64,000 nt of DNA from Clostridiaceae bacterium (GCA_012838795.1 DUOO01000010.1:26411-90410), one strand, 5' to 3'; shown: positions 9,950-19,012, counted from the first letter of the stretch. The notes: generated by a model not told the origin, from the letters alone. Translations and numbers: made by a program.

Positions 9950-10462
9950 ATGCAAGTAAATAATTTTCGACAAGATTATATAAATCGAAATACCGGATAC
10001 AATCATTCAGAAAGCAAAAAAGCAGAACATGCTTCTTCTTTCTATTCCAAGGTAAATCCTTATGACCTGATGACAGAAGAAATGCTTGAAAGAGTTCCTG
10101 AACTTTATTCTCAAGAGGATGTTGCTCTTGCCGATAAAGAAGTTCATGCTGCTTATATTATTCTCGGATATGATTGGACTTGGTATTTAACAGAATGTGA
10201 CAAAGAAACAGGTGATGCTTTCGGTTTAGTAGTAGGTCTTGATCCTGAATGGGGATACTTTAATTTAAAAGAACTTGAAAAACTTAATGCTCAAAGATTA
10301 ATTTTAGAAGATTTTCCGAAGACATTCAGAGAAATTAAAGATACTGAATTATCCGGACAGTTAACTTCCGAAGAGTTAAACAGAATTTTCAACGGACAAT
10401 TGAGCTTTACTACAGATGAAAAAATACAATTAGATGAAAGTTATGAGTATGAATTATATTAA
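9950..10462 (+). CDS. DUF2958-like protein
   Basis: The core PELYSQEDV..DKEVHAAYIILGYDWTWYLTE..GDAFGLVVGLDPEWGYFNLKELE matches my recollection of the DUF2958 signature (LYsqE .. wtWYvtE .. fGlv.G.e.ElGYfsl.EL), a family common on plasmids and conjugative elements. Not verified by HMM. Confidence 0.55.
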   Translation: MQVNNFRQDYINRNTGYNHSESKKAEHASSFYSKVNPYDLMTEEMLERVPELYSQEDVALADKEVHAAYIILGYDWTWYLTECDKETGDAFGLVVGLDPEWGYFNLKELEKLNAQRLILEDFPKTFREIKDTELSGQLTSEELNRIFNGQLSFTTDEKIQLDESYEYELY

Positions 10463-11306
10463 AAAAAACGAGATGATGTTTGTAGAAAATGCAGAAAAAA
10501 AACAAAGACCGATCAGATTGATGATTCTTATATTCTTGCTATTGCTTAGCGGAATCTTGTTTGCAAAATACTTTCTTGCGAAGAAAGAAGTATCAAAAAG
10601 AACAAAAGATATTGAAGAAAACATTGTGATCGCAGAATCAATAATCGCGACTGAAACAACTTACGCAGAACAAACAGTCGATCCGGATCATTCTTATATA
10701 CCGAGCCAGATAAAAACTCAAGAAAGAAAAGTAAATTATCCGGAACAGTCAAAGCTGCTTCTAGATCAATTAAATGAACGGTATGAAACAGATAAGATCA
10801 TTGCATTTCTCGATACGGGCGAAGGCGGTATCAGGGAGATAATAGCTTTTGATCCGGATAGCGATTATTACGACAGACGGGATATTAAAGGCAACTACGA
10901 TCATAGCGGAACAGTCTTTCTTTATAAAGAAAATAATAGTGTACTTGATGATTATACGAACTATTTCGGTCATTCCATGCAGGACGGAACCAGACTTAAA
11001 AAGCTTGTAGATTACGAGAAAAACAAAGAGCTGATAGAATCAGTAAAACTTTATACTTACGACGGAATACTAATCTATGAGCTTGTTCAGATAGTAGAAG
11101 TAGAAAGCAAATGGTACGACAAATATAAAACTTGGGAGCAAGCAGATTTTATAGAATTTTATGAGAATTCAGCTGTTGAGGGCAACTTGATAATGCGTAA
11201 TCAATCTTATGATCCGCATAGCAAATATATGACCCTTAATACTTGTCAGGATTATTCGGGAAAAATAAAGACTGTTGCGATATATAAGTTGATCGAGATT
11301 TTATGA
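10434..11306 (+). CDS. Divergent class B sortase-like transpeptidase with an N-terminal TM anchor
   Basis: TM helix RLMILIFLLLLSGILFAKYF. YFGHSMQDGTRLKKL resembles the SrtB IYGHxMxDGxMF motif (His180). MTLNTCQDY resembles TLSTC (Cys271). The start codon is uncertain because the ORF overlaps the DUF2958 gene end by 29 nt. Confidence 0.7.
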   Translation: MKVMSMNYIKKNEMMFVENAEKKQRPIRLMILIFLLLLSGILFAKYFLAKKEVSKRTKDIEENIVIAESIIATETTYAEQTVDPDHSYIPSQIKTQERKVNYPEQSKLLLDQLNERYETDKIIAFLDTGEGGIREIIAFDPDSDYYDRRDIKGNYDHSGTVFLYKENNSVLDDYTNYFGHSMQDGTRLKKLVDYEKNKELIESVKLYTYDGILIYELVQIVEVESKWYDKYKTWEQADFIEFYENSAVEGNLIMRNQSYDPHSKYMTLNTCQDYSGKIKTVAIYKLIEIL

Positions 11307-12551
11307 TTAAAAGACAGGCAGACCCGGCGGTTTGATGTCATATGGGACTTGTTTTGCTATTTTTAGATTTTCCATTAAACGAGCAGGATAAACGCTCTTG
11401 GTACCATATCTCTGATGTAAAGAGAACATAACATCTTCTAAGTCTTCCAGTTTCGCAAGTTTGCTGAAATCATGAAATATATTTATTTGTCTGGGGATAT
11501 CAGACGACTCGAGGTTAATTGCTGTAATTGTTAATGAACGGATCGGCTTTTTCCAATCGTAACGCTCTTTAAATAATATAAAACCGTTTTGCGAAATATA
11601 AAAAGCATTATATGTAGCATATGGTAACGGTGCTTGAAATTCTGTGCTGGACATGTCATTTCTCCGAACACCGATCTGCACTCCACTTGCCCTTAAGCTG
11701 TGTGAACGCAATCTTTTAGAGACATTTTCGCTGAGAGCTAACAAAACACGCCATACTTCAATATCAGTATATAAATCTTCGGTTGTAGTTATACCGTGCC
11801 CTACTGTTTTGACCGGGATGGATTCACCATAAACCCTGACCCTGCCGTTATCTAAACCGTTAGCCCATAGCCATAATTTTATGCCGTTTATGCCTAACTT
11901 AGATTGTAAAAAAGCAGGATCGGTTCGAGCTAAATCGCCGATGGTTAAAATGTTATATTTAGTTAGTTTTCTTTCGGTAGCATACCCTACCCCGAGTAAA
12001 CTTCTGACCGGTAGTTTGAATATGAGATCAGTGTAATTTTCCCGGGATACATAGGTTATAGCATCCGGTTTATTCATGTCGCTACCGAGTTTCGCAAAAA
12101 TCTTATTGAAGCTTACTCCAATCGATAATGTCAGTTTAAGTTCTTTTTTTACTCGATTACTGATAAGTTTGGCAATTTGCATGCCGCCGCCGAATAAAGC
12201 TTTGCTGGCAGTTACATCAAGCCAACATTCATCAAGACCGAAGGGTTCAATTTGGTCTGTATAGTCATAATAGATATTGTGAGCTAATTTCGAGTGTAAA
12301 ATATATTGATCATATTGTGGCGGAACGGTAATTAAGTTCGGACATTTTTGTTTTGCTTGCCAGATAACTTCTCCGGTTTTAACACCTTGCTGTTTCGCTT
12401 CCTCTGATTTAGCAAGAATGATACCGTTGCGATCAGCCTGAGATCCGGCTACAGCTACCGGCTTGCCATGCAGACTGGGATTTAATTTGATTTCGACTGA
12501 AGCATAATAAGCGTTCATATCACAATGCAATATTGTTCGATCCTGCCTCAA
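11307..12551 (-). CDS. dinB: Y-family DNA polymerase (Pol IV / DinB-like), paralogue 1
   Basis: ILHCDMNAYYASVE and GLDECWLDVT catalytic motifs. TTG start 12 nt after AAAGGAG. Its stop codon abuts the sortase stop codon (11306/11307). Confidence 0.85.
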   Translation of the reverse strand: MRQDRTILHCDMNAYYASVEIKLNPSLHGKPVAVAGSQADRNGIILAKSEEAKQQGVKTGEVIWQAKQKCPNLITVPPQYDQYILHSKLAHNIYYDYTDQIEPFGLDECWLDVTASKALFGGGMQIAKLISNRVKKELKLTLSIGVSFNKIFAKLGSDMNKPDAITYVSRENYTDLIFKLPVRSLLGVGYATERKLTKYNILTIGDLARTDPAFLQSKLGINGIKLWLWANGLDNGRVRVYGESIPVKTVGHGITTTEDLYTDIEVWRVLLALSENVSKRLRSHSLRASGVQIGVRRNDMSSTEFQAPLPYATYNAFYISQNGFILFKERYDWKKPIRSLTITAINLESSDIPRQINIFHDFSKLAKLEDLEDVMFSLHQRYGTKSVYPARLMENLKIAKQVPYDIKPPGLPVF

Positions 12552-12580
12552 TTGTTTATAACACTCCTTTCAAGTACTCG

Positions 12581-12606
12581 ACAAAAAGAACAAACGTTCT
12601 TTTTGT
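12581..12606. promoter_or_regulatory. LexA (Cheo/SOS) box within a 26-bp perfect palindrome upstream of dinB paralogue 1
   Basis: acaaaaaGAACaaacGTTCtttttgt has 11-bp perfect arms around a 4-nt spacer. The core GAAC-N4-GTTC at 12588-12599 matches the Gram-positive LexA consensus CGAACnnnnGTTCG. Confidence 0.7.
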
Positions 12607-12785
12607 CTCAAGTAGATTATATAGAAATTCGGTTAATTAGATCAAGGGAAAATTTATTTAAAAATGACAATTAGAAATTAATTTATCTTGATTTTTTTGA
12701 ATATGCTAATATACAAATGTGTTAAAGAATTTTTAAATTTATTTTATATTAATGTACCGAGCCATCTGTAAAAAAGGATGAAATT

Positions 12786-13505
12786 ATGAAAAACAGTGAT
12801 TCAAGTAAAGTAAATCAGAATTTAAAAGATTTGAATGAAAAAAATACAGAAGAAATCGATTCAGTCGAAAAGCAATTAATTGAAGAAGCTCGAAAAAAAG
12901 GAGATTCTTATTATATTTTAGATCTTGGATCAGAATACTATAATGGAGTTGTACGTGAACAAAATTTTGCGAAAGCTTTTGAATATTACACAATTGCCTC
13001 AGAAATGGGAAATGTCATTGCTTTAAGCAATTTGGGATATTGTTATTTATACGGTCGTTCTGTACCTAAAGATACGATAAAAGCCCTGGAATGTTATGAA
13101 GCGGCAGCTGATCTTGGTGATATTAATGCCACATATAAAGTTGGAGATTTTTATTATTGGGGAATATTTCCGATTACGCAAGATCGAGAAAAAGCCGTGG
13201 AATATTATTTGACGGCTTATGATTTAGTAATAGAAGATGAATATCCTGATATTAGTAATTACCCGGATGTTTGCTTACGGCTGGCAGATTGCATTTTCTA
13301 CGGTTTAACAGATTTTTTTGATTTAGAAGATGCATTGGATTTTTACAATGAAGCCAAAGTCTTTTTTGATATCAGGATTAACGAATATAATGATCGTATG
13401 TCCGATAAATTACTAAAACGAGCTGAAGAAGGTATCTTAAAAACCCGGCAACGAATTGCAGAAACTGAAGATGACTCTATTGGTTCAGAAAGATCACTGC
13501 AATGA
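12786..13505 (+). CDS. Sel1-like (TPR-family) repeat protein
   Basis: Repeated A..YY..A...G...A...LG.CY..G.GV.KD pattern, e.g. GNVIALSNLGYCYLYGRSVPKDTIKALECYEAAADLGD. Confidence 0.75.
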   Translation: MKNSDSSKVNQNLKDLNEKNTEEIDSVEKQLIEEARKKGDSYYILDLGSEYYNGVVREQNFAKAFEYYTIASEMGNVIALSNLGYCYLYGRSVPKDTIKALECYEAAADLGDINATYKVGDFYYWGIFPITQDREKAVEYYLTAYDLVIEDEYPDISNYPDVCLRLADCIFYGLTDFFDLEDALDFYNEAKVFFDIRINEYNDRMSDKLLKRAEEGILKTRQRIAETEDDSIGSERSLQ

Positions 13506-13529
13506 AATGAAAAAATCCTTTTTCAGTAT

Positions 13530-13588
13530 CTGCTTACTTTTCGAAGTTAGCAAATGAAAATATGCACAGCTCAAGATTCTGAGCAAAA
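13530..13588 (+). repeat. Copy A of a ~60-nt dispersed intergenic element
   Basis: ctgcttacttttcgaagttagcaaatgaaaatatgcacagctcaagattctgagcaaaa aligns with 42706-42765 with few mismatches. Contains the small dyad gctca..tgagc. Confidence 0.6.
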
Positions 13589-13621
13589 TCGGTATTAATT
13601 AGGTTTTGAGTAAGGACAAAA

Positions 13622-14131
13622 ATGCAGGAAAAATTTTATCAGACAAATTCAGTTGAAGAAACATATCTTTTTGGTGAAGCACTTGGCAGATGTTTGGCTG
13701 CCGGTGATGTTTTAGCCCTGGACGGAGAATTAGGTGCAGGTAAGACTACGATAAGCCATGGGATTGCGAAAGGATTGGGTATCACTTCTCCGATTTCAAG
13801 TCCGACTTTTACGTTATTGTTTGAACATCCGGCAGGTACCGGCAATTTACCCTTATTCCATTTTGATGCATATCGGCTTACAGATGAAATGGAATGGTAT
13901 GATGCAGGTTTTATGGATTATTTTGATAATCAGGGAGTTGTAATAATTGAATGGGCGTCTAAAATAAAGAATGTTTTACCGCCAACTGCAAAGTGGCTGT
14001 ATATTACAACTGATCTTGTAAAACCGAATCAAAGGATTTTCAGATTAAATATTGAGTGTGATTCGAGTTTTAATTTGGAACATTTGACTGCTTGGGAGAT
14101 TACACAAGAACTGAAATTAGACTTATACTAA
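13622..14131 (+). CDS. tsaE: tRNA t6A37 biosynthesis ATPase TsaE
   Basis: P-loop LDGELGAGKTT, SPTFTL and HFDAYRL motifs. Confidence 0.85.
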   Translation: MQEKFYQTNSVEETYLFGEALGRCLAAGDVLALDGELGAGKTTISHGIAKGLGITSPISSPTFTLLFEHPAGTGNLPLFHFDAYRLTDEMEWYDAGFMDYFDNQGVVIIEWASKIKNVLPPTAKWLYITTDLVKPNQRIFRLNIECDSSFNLEHLTAWEITQELKLDLY

Positions 14132-14223
14132 AATTATATTATGTTTGTCAATCGAAAATAGGATTGACAAACAACTCAAGAATACATTATCGAAAATTAG
14201 AACGAGGCGGATAATTTAAAGAT

Positions 14224-15027
14224 ATGACAAAATATATTTTGGCAATTGATTCATCAGGTTCAAGTCTTTCAGTTGCTCTGTCAGAAAATAATTTAATTAG
14301 AGCAGAAAAATTTCTTAATATATCGAATCAGCATTCGGTAAATTTGTTGCCTGCTCTGGATAGCATGATGCAGGAAATTGAGAAATCTTATGATGATTTA
14401 TCGGCTGTGGCCGTAACTGTCGGGCCCGGTTCATTCACGGGTATCAGGATAGGTGTGTCTACCGCAAATACGATGGCATACGGTTTGAATATTCCTGTAA
14501 TAGGAATTTCAGCTCTTGAAGCTTTGGCTTTCCCGTATAGGAATCAAAAGGATATTATATTAGCGGTTTTTGATGCTCGCGGCGGGAGACTTTACGGTGC
14601 ATTTTTCCAACAAGGAAAAAGGCTTACGGAAGATCAGCAATTTGTTGATCAGGATTTACCGGAATTGGTCAAAACTCAATTCTTAAACCAAGATTTTCAA
14701 GAAAAATTGTTAATTCAAGAATCAAAAGCAATTGAGAAAAAGCAAGATTCAAAGCAAAATTCTTTCGCAGAACAATCGATTACGATTCTGGGTGACGGAT
14801 TTCAAATGGCAAAAACTTTATTGAGCGAGCTTGACCTTAAGCTAACACCACGTGAGTCGGTTCTGACCAAACAGGATTATATTTCAGCATCTTCAATCGG
14901 TCATTTAGCATGGGAGAAATTAGAAATAAACTTCCGATTGTCTGAAGAAGGTTACCTGGAACCGGTAAAGCCGAATTACTGTGTGGTTACTCAAGCGGAA
15001 CGCAATTTAACTAAAAAGAAGAAATAA
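14224..15027 (+). CDS. tsaB: tRNA t6A37 biosynthesis protein TsaB
   Basis: ILAIDSSGSSLSVAL and GPGSFTGIRIGVSTA motifs. Adjacent to tsaE. Confidence 0.85.
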   Translation: MTKYILAIDSSGSSLSVALSENNLIRAEKFLNISNQHSVNLLPALDSMMQEIEKSYDDLSAVAVTVGPGSFTGIRIGVSTANTMAYGLNIPVIGISALEALAFPYRNQKDIILAVFDARGGRLYGAFFQQGKRLTEDQQFVDQDLPELVKTQFLNQDFQEKLLIQESKAIEKKQDSKQNSFAEQSITILGDGFQMAKTLLSELDLKLTPRESVLTKQDYISASSIGHLAWEKLEINFRLSEEGYLEPVKPNYCVVTQAERNLTKKKK

Positions 15028-15070
15028 AAGCTGCAAAAATCAGCTTTGTTGTAGATTTGAATTTATTAAA

Positions 15071-15100
15071 TTGACATAATAAAGCCAATGATTTTATACT
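15071..15100 (+). promoter_or_regulatory. Candidate sigma-A promoter for the HPr-like-uvrC unit
   Basis: TTGACA (15071-15076), 18-bp spacer, TATACT (15095-15100). Confidence 0.4.
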
Positions 15101-15164
15101 TATTAAAAATAATAGTGCAGGTTTTATGGATAGAACCTTATAAAATTATTTTATTGGAGGAAAT

Positions 15165-15425
15165 ATGGCAACCAAATCTATTCTGATCAATTGGGAAGAA
15201 GGCATTGAAATGAAATCAATAGCCTTGTTGATACAAAAAGCTTCCGCCTTTAATTCAACAATATATATTTCTCGTGGTGACCGCCGTGCTAATGCCAAAA
15301 GTCTGCTCGGAATGATGTCGCTCGGGATTGAAGATGGTGTTGAATTAAGTATTACTGCAGAGGGACCTGATGCAGAAGAAGCAGTAAATGTCGTAGCGGA
15401 TTTTTTAGAAAATCCTGATTCGTAA
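15165..15425 (+). CDS. HPr-family protein lacking the phosphocarrier histidine (Crh-like)
   Basis: Aligns by eye along its whole length to B. subtilis HPr. GIHARPA is replaced by GIEMKSI (Glu15, codon 15207-15209). The regulatory site KS(46)LLGMMSLG is retained. Confidence 0.8.
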   Translation: MATKSILINWEEGIEMKSIALLIQKASAFNSTIYISRGDRRANAKSLLGMMSLGIEDGVELSITAEGPDAEEAVNVVADFLENPDS

Positions 15426-15446
15426 AGGAACAATTGTTGAAATAAG

Positions 15447-17333
15447 ATGTCTGAAAATCATAATTCTTTTGATGCCAGACTAGACTTGATACCACATGAA
15501 CCTGGTGTGTACTTGATGAAAGATGCATCCGGTTCTGTTATTTATGTAGGTAAAGCCAAAAATCTTCCTCAAAGATTACGCAGCTATTTTGCGCCTAATC
15601 CGGTTGCAGATCCGAAAATCTTGGCAATGATTTCTCATATTGCAGATTTTACTTATATTATTTGCCAAAACGAACTGGAAGCTTTAATTTTAGAGAACAA
15701 TTTAATCAAAAACGAGCGTCCGAAGTATAATACTCTTTTACGAGATGATAAAGAGTATCCCTATATCAGAGTGACATTGAATGAATTATACCCGCGGATT
15801 CTCAAAGCTTACAGGATCGGTTCAGATCGAGAGCAGGGTACACGATACTATGGCCCGTATCCGGCAGGTGATTTGGAAAGAGCATTGAAAGCGATTTATC
15901 GAATTTTTCCGGTGATGACTTGTAACAGAGTTTTGCCCAGAGACATAGATAAAAAGCGTCCATGTTTAAAATATTATATTGATCGCTGTATCGGCCCTTG
16001 TAAAGGCGATGTTTCTGTCGAAGAATACCGAGCCAGCGTGATGGAAATTTGCAGATTTCTTGATGGGCAATATGATGATCTCCTGAGTTTAATTAAGACG
16101 AAAATGAATCAGGCGGCAGCTGACATGCAATATGAGAAAGCAGCGGTTTGGCGTGACCGTTATCAAGATTTGCAAAAATTGACTGCCGGTCAAGTGACAG
16201 TTACAAAAAATCCCGAAGATATAGATGTTTTAGGAATTTTTCGCAATGGCAGTGAAATTTGCATTCAGAAACTGGAAATTCGAAATGGTCGGATGATCGG
16301 CTCGGTCAGCTCTTTTTTGCCGGATCAGGATGAATCCGGGGATGAATTGTTGACAGCTTTTCTTAAACAACATTATGCTGAGTCTTCATATATTCCGAAA
16401 CTGATTTTGTTGCCGCTCGAGTTGAATGATCAGACTCTGCTGGCGGAATATTTATCACAATTGTCAGGATTTAAAGTGCAATTACGTCATCCGCAGCGCG
16501 GTGAGAAAAAACAATTGTTAAAGATGGCGGAAACCAATGCAGAGCAAAATCTGAGACGCCATACTTTGATCGGAGGATCGGCGAATGGTTTATCACATAC
16601 CTTGAAAAATCTGGCAGATATTTTCGGTTTATCCGAAGTGCCGCATAGAATTGAAGCTTATGATATTGCAAATATCGGAGTTGAAGATCGTACCGGATCG
16701 ATGATTGTTTTTACTGAAGGTAAACCCTTGCGTTCAGCATATCGTCATTTCAAGATTAAGAGTTTTGAAGGAATCGATGATTATCGTTCAATGCAAGAAA
16801 TATTAACGCGCAGGCTTAAACGTCTTAAAGATGATAAGTTTGGCAGTCAGCCGGACTTGATTTTGATTGATGGTGGTTTTGGGCATGTGAACGCAGTAAA
16901 ATCAATTTTAGAAAAATACGCACCGGAAATACCGATAGCCGGCATGGTAAAAGATGCAAGACATCGTACCAGGGGTTTAGTATTGACTACAGGTAAAGAG
17001 ATTAAATTAAAAACGGAAATTTCAGATAAAGAGGAAACACCCGATCAAAGAAGCGAAAGATTAGGCTTGCTGAGACTGGTAACTGCAATTCAGAATGAAG
17101 CTCATCGTTTTGCACAGCGTCTACATAAAAAATCAAGACTTAAAAGCACGATCCGTTACAGTTTGGAAGATATTCCGGGGATCGGTCCGGCAAGGCGCAA
17201 AGCTTTATTAAAACATTTTCGCACTGTGAAAAATATTTCTCAAGCTGAATTATCGGAATTGAAACAAGTTCCCGGTTTACCGGAGAAAGCTGCGGAAACC
17301 GTTTATAAACATTTCAGAAATAGAGATATTTGA
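15447..17333 (+). CDS. uvrC: Excinuclease ABC subunit C
   Basis: GIY-YIG N-terminus (GVYLMKD..VIYVGKAKNLPQRL). C-terminal HhH region (IPGIGPARRKALLKHF). Length 628 aa. Confidence 0.95.
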   Translation: MSENHNSFDARLDLIPHEPGVYLMKDASGSVIYVGKAKNLPQRLRSYFAPNPVADPKILAMISHIADFTYIICQNELEALILENNLIKNERPKYNTLLRDDKEYPYIRVTLNELYPRILKAYRIGSDREQGTRYYGPYPAGDLERALKAIYRIFPVMTCNRVLPRDIDKKRPCLKYYIDRCIGPCKGDVSVEEYRASVMEICRFLDGQYDDLLSLIKTKMNQAAADMQYEKAAVWRDRYQDLQKLTAGQVTVTKNPEDIDVLGIFRNGSEICIQKLEIRNGRMIGSVSSFLPDQDESGDELLTAFLKQHYAESSYIPKLILLPLELNDQTLLAEYLSQLSGFKVQLRHPQRGEKKQLLKMAETNAEQNLRRHTLIGGSANGLSHTLKNLADIFGLSEVPHRIEAYDIANIGVEDRTGSMIVFTEGKPLRSAYRHFKIKSFEGIDDYRSMQEILTRRLKRLKDDKFGSQPDLILIDGGFGHVNAVKSILEKYAPEIPIAGMVKDARHRTRGLVLTTGKEIKLKTEISDKEETPDQRSERLGLLRLVTAIQNEAHRFAQRLHKKSRLKSTIRYSLEDIPGIGPARRKALLKHFRTVKNISQAELSELKQVPGLPEKAAETVYKHFRNRDI

Positions 17334-17345
17334 AAAGAGGTATTT

Positions 17346-18086
17346 ATGTCTGTATATTGCTTGGCAGACTTTCATTTGAGCAATCAAGCCAATAAGCCGA
17401 TGCATAAATTCGGTCAGGAATGGATAGACCACGATTTGAAAATCAAAAAAAATCTGCAACATCTGCTGACTGATGCAGATTTACTCTTAATCCCGGGAGA
17501 TACTTCTTGGGCGATTAATTTGGATGAAGCAAAAAAAGATTTGGTTTTTATCAGTGAATTGCCCGGAAAAAAAATTCTTCTGCGCGGTAACCATGATTAT
17601 TGGTGGGGAACACTAAATAAAAATTATCGGGCAATGGCCGCCTGGCAAATTGATAACATCGACTTTTTACAAAATAATGCTTTCAGAGTTGAAGATCCGG
17701 ATTTGGGTGGCTTATTGATAGCAGGTACACGCGGTTGGATTTTTCCTAATGACCCTAAATGGCAAAAAGCTGATCAAAAAATATTTGACAGAGAAATCCA
17801 ACGTTTGGCATTATCATTGAGCCGAGCGGAAAATTTGAGACAACCGGGGGATAAAATGATTGTGATGACTCATTTCCCGCCGGTAAATCAACAACTTGCA
17901 ATTTCCGAATTTACCAAACTGATGTATAATCATCAGGCAGATGTTTGCGTGTTCGGACATATTCATCATAGTGAAAGTCCTTATCAACTTTCAGGCAAAT
18001 TAATTCATGGGATACCGCTTGTTTTGACGGCTTGTGATCAAGTTGATTTTCAGCCTATACTATTAGATGATTATCTGAAATCGTAA
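17346..18086 (+). CDS. Metallophosphoesterase (calcineurin-like) family protein
   Basis: Motifs DFH, GD(x)SW, GNHDYWW and GHIHH. Confidence 0.75.
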   Translation: MSVYCLADFHLSNQANKPMHKFGQEWIDHDLKIKKNLQHLLTDADLLLIPGDTSWAINLDEAKKDLVFISELPGKKILLRGNHDYWWGTLNKNYRAMAAWQIDNIDFLQNNAFRVEDPDLGGLLIAGTRGWIFPNDPKWQKADQKIFDREIQRLALSLSRAENLRQPGDKMIVMTHFPPVNQQLAISEFTKLMYNHQADVCVFGHIHHSESPYQLSGKLIHGIPLVLTACDQVDFQPILLDDYLKS

Positions 18087-18127
18087 ATGGCGAAATAGTT
18101 TTAGATGATTGAAAGGAATAACAATAA

Positions 18128-19012
18128 ATGGCAAAAAGTATGACCGGTTTCGGTAAAGCTTTAATTACAGAAGATGATCTGACATTTTCTGTTGAAATTA
18201 AATCGGTTAACCAAAAAAACAGAGATTTACGAATACATATGCCCTATACTCTCAATTCTTTTGATGCTCAAATAAGAAAATTGCTTGACACTTATATCAG
18301 TCGTGGCTATGTCGATGTCAACATTAATTATGAAGATTTATCAAGTGAACCGAATCTAAAATTGGATTTGAACAATGCCATAGCCTATTTAAATATATAT
18401 AGTGAAATCGAAGAATTAACCGGAGAAAAATTGACCTCGAAAGCAGTTCTCTTGGCGAGAAATAATAATTTGATAACTAAAGCAGAACAGGAGCTGGATG
18501 AAGACCGATATTTACCGATTCTGCTTAAAACTTGTGAACAGGCTTTGCAAGAGTTTGATGCGGCAAGACAAGCTGAAGGTACCCATTTAATCTCCGATTT
18601 AAAACAAAGAATTGAAACAATGCAAAGCATTGTAGAGAAAATTGCATCACGAGCCGAAACTGTACCTGAATATCATAAAATGCGTCTTTTGGAACGGTTG
18701 GCAAATTTAGTTGATGAGAATTTGGAAGAATATTACGATGGTCAACGAGTTGCTGCGGAAATTGCGGTTTTTGCTGATCGTGCTGATGTAACCGAGGAAA
18801 TCATTCGTCTCAAAAGTCATCTCAAACAATTTTTGGGTATACTTGAATTGGATGAACCGATCGGCAAAAATTTAGATTTTCTGGTACAGGAATTACTGCG
18901 TGAAACTAACACAATAGGTTCCAAAGCCAACGATTTGGAAATTACTCAAATGATAGTGGAAATGAAATCAACTATTGAAAAAATCAGGGAGCAAGTTCAA
19001 AATATTGAATAA
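18128..19012 (+). CDS. yicC: YicC/YloC family stress-induced protein
   Basis: N-terminal SMTGFG and C-terminal NTIGSKAND motifs. Conserved yloC-remA-gmk-rpoZ gene order of Firmicutes. Confidence 0.85.
   Translation: MAKSMTGFGKALITEDDLTFSVEIKSVNQKNRDLRIHMPYTLNSFDAQIRKLLDTYISRGYVDVNINYEDLSSEPNLKLDLNNAIAYLNIYSEIEELTGEKLTSKAVLLARNNNLITKAEQELDEDRYLPILLKTCEQALQEFDAARQAEGTHLISDLKQRIETMQSIVEKIASRAETVPEYHKMRLLERLANLVDENLEEYYDGQRVAAEIAVFADRADVTEEIIRLKSHLKQFLGILELDEPIGKNLDFLVQELLRETNTIGSKANDLEITQMIVEMKSTIEKIREQVQNIE

Noticed and set aside
1527-12606. Calling the adhesin island an ICE, prophage or other mobile element
   Set aside because: No integrase, recombinase, relaxase, T4SS, transposase or phage structural gene is visible, and I could not identify flanking direct repeats. 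Only the cargo-like gene content is suggestive, so it is reported as a finding and not as a mobile_element feature.
14143-14172. 10-bp hairpin tttgtcaatc..gattgacaaa after tsaE as a terminator
   Set aside because: No T-tract follows on either strand. The embedded TTGACA has no acceptable -10 at the right spacing. Function indeterminate.
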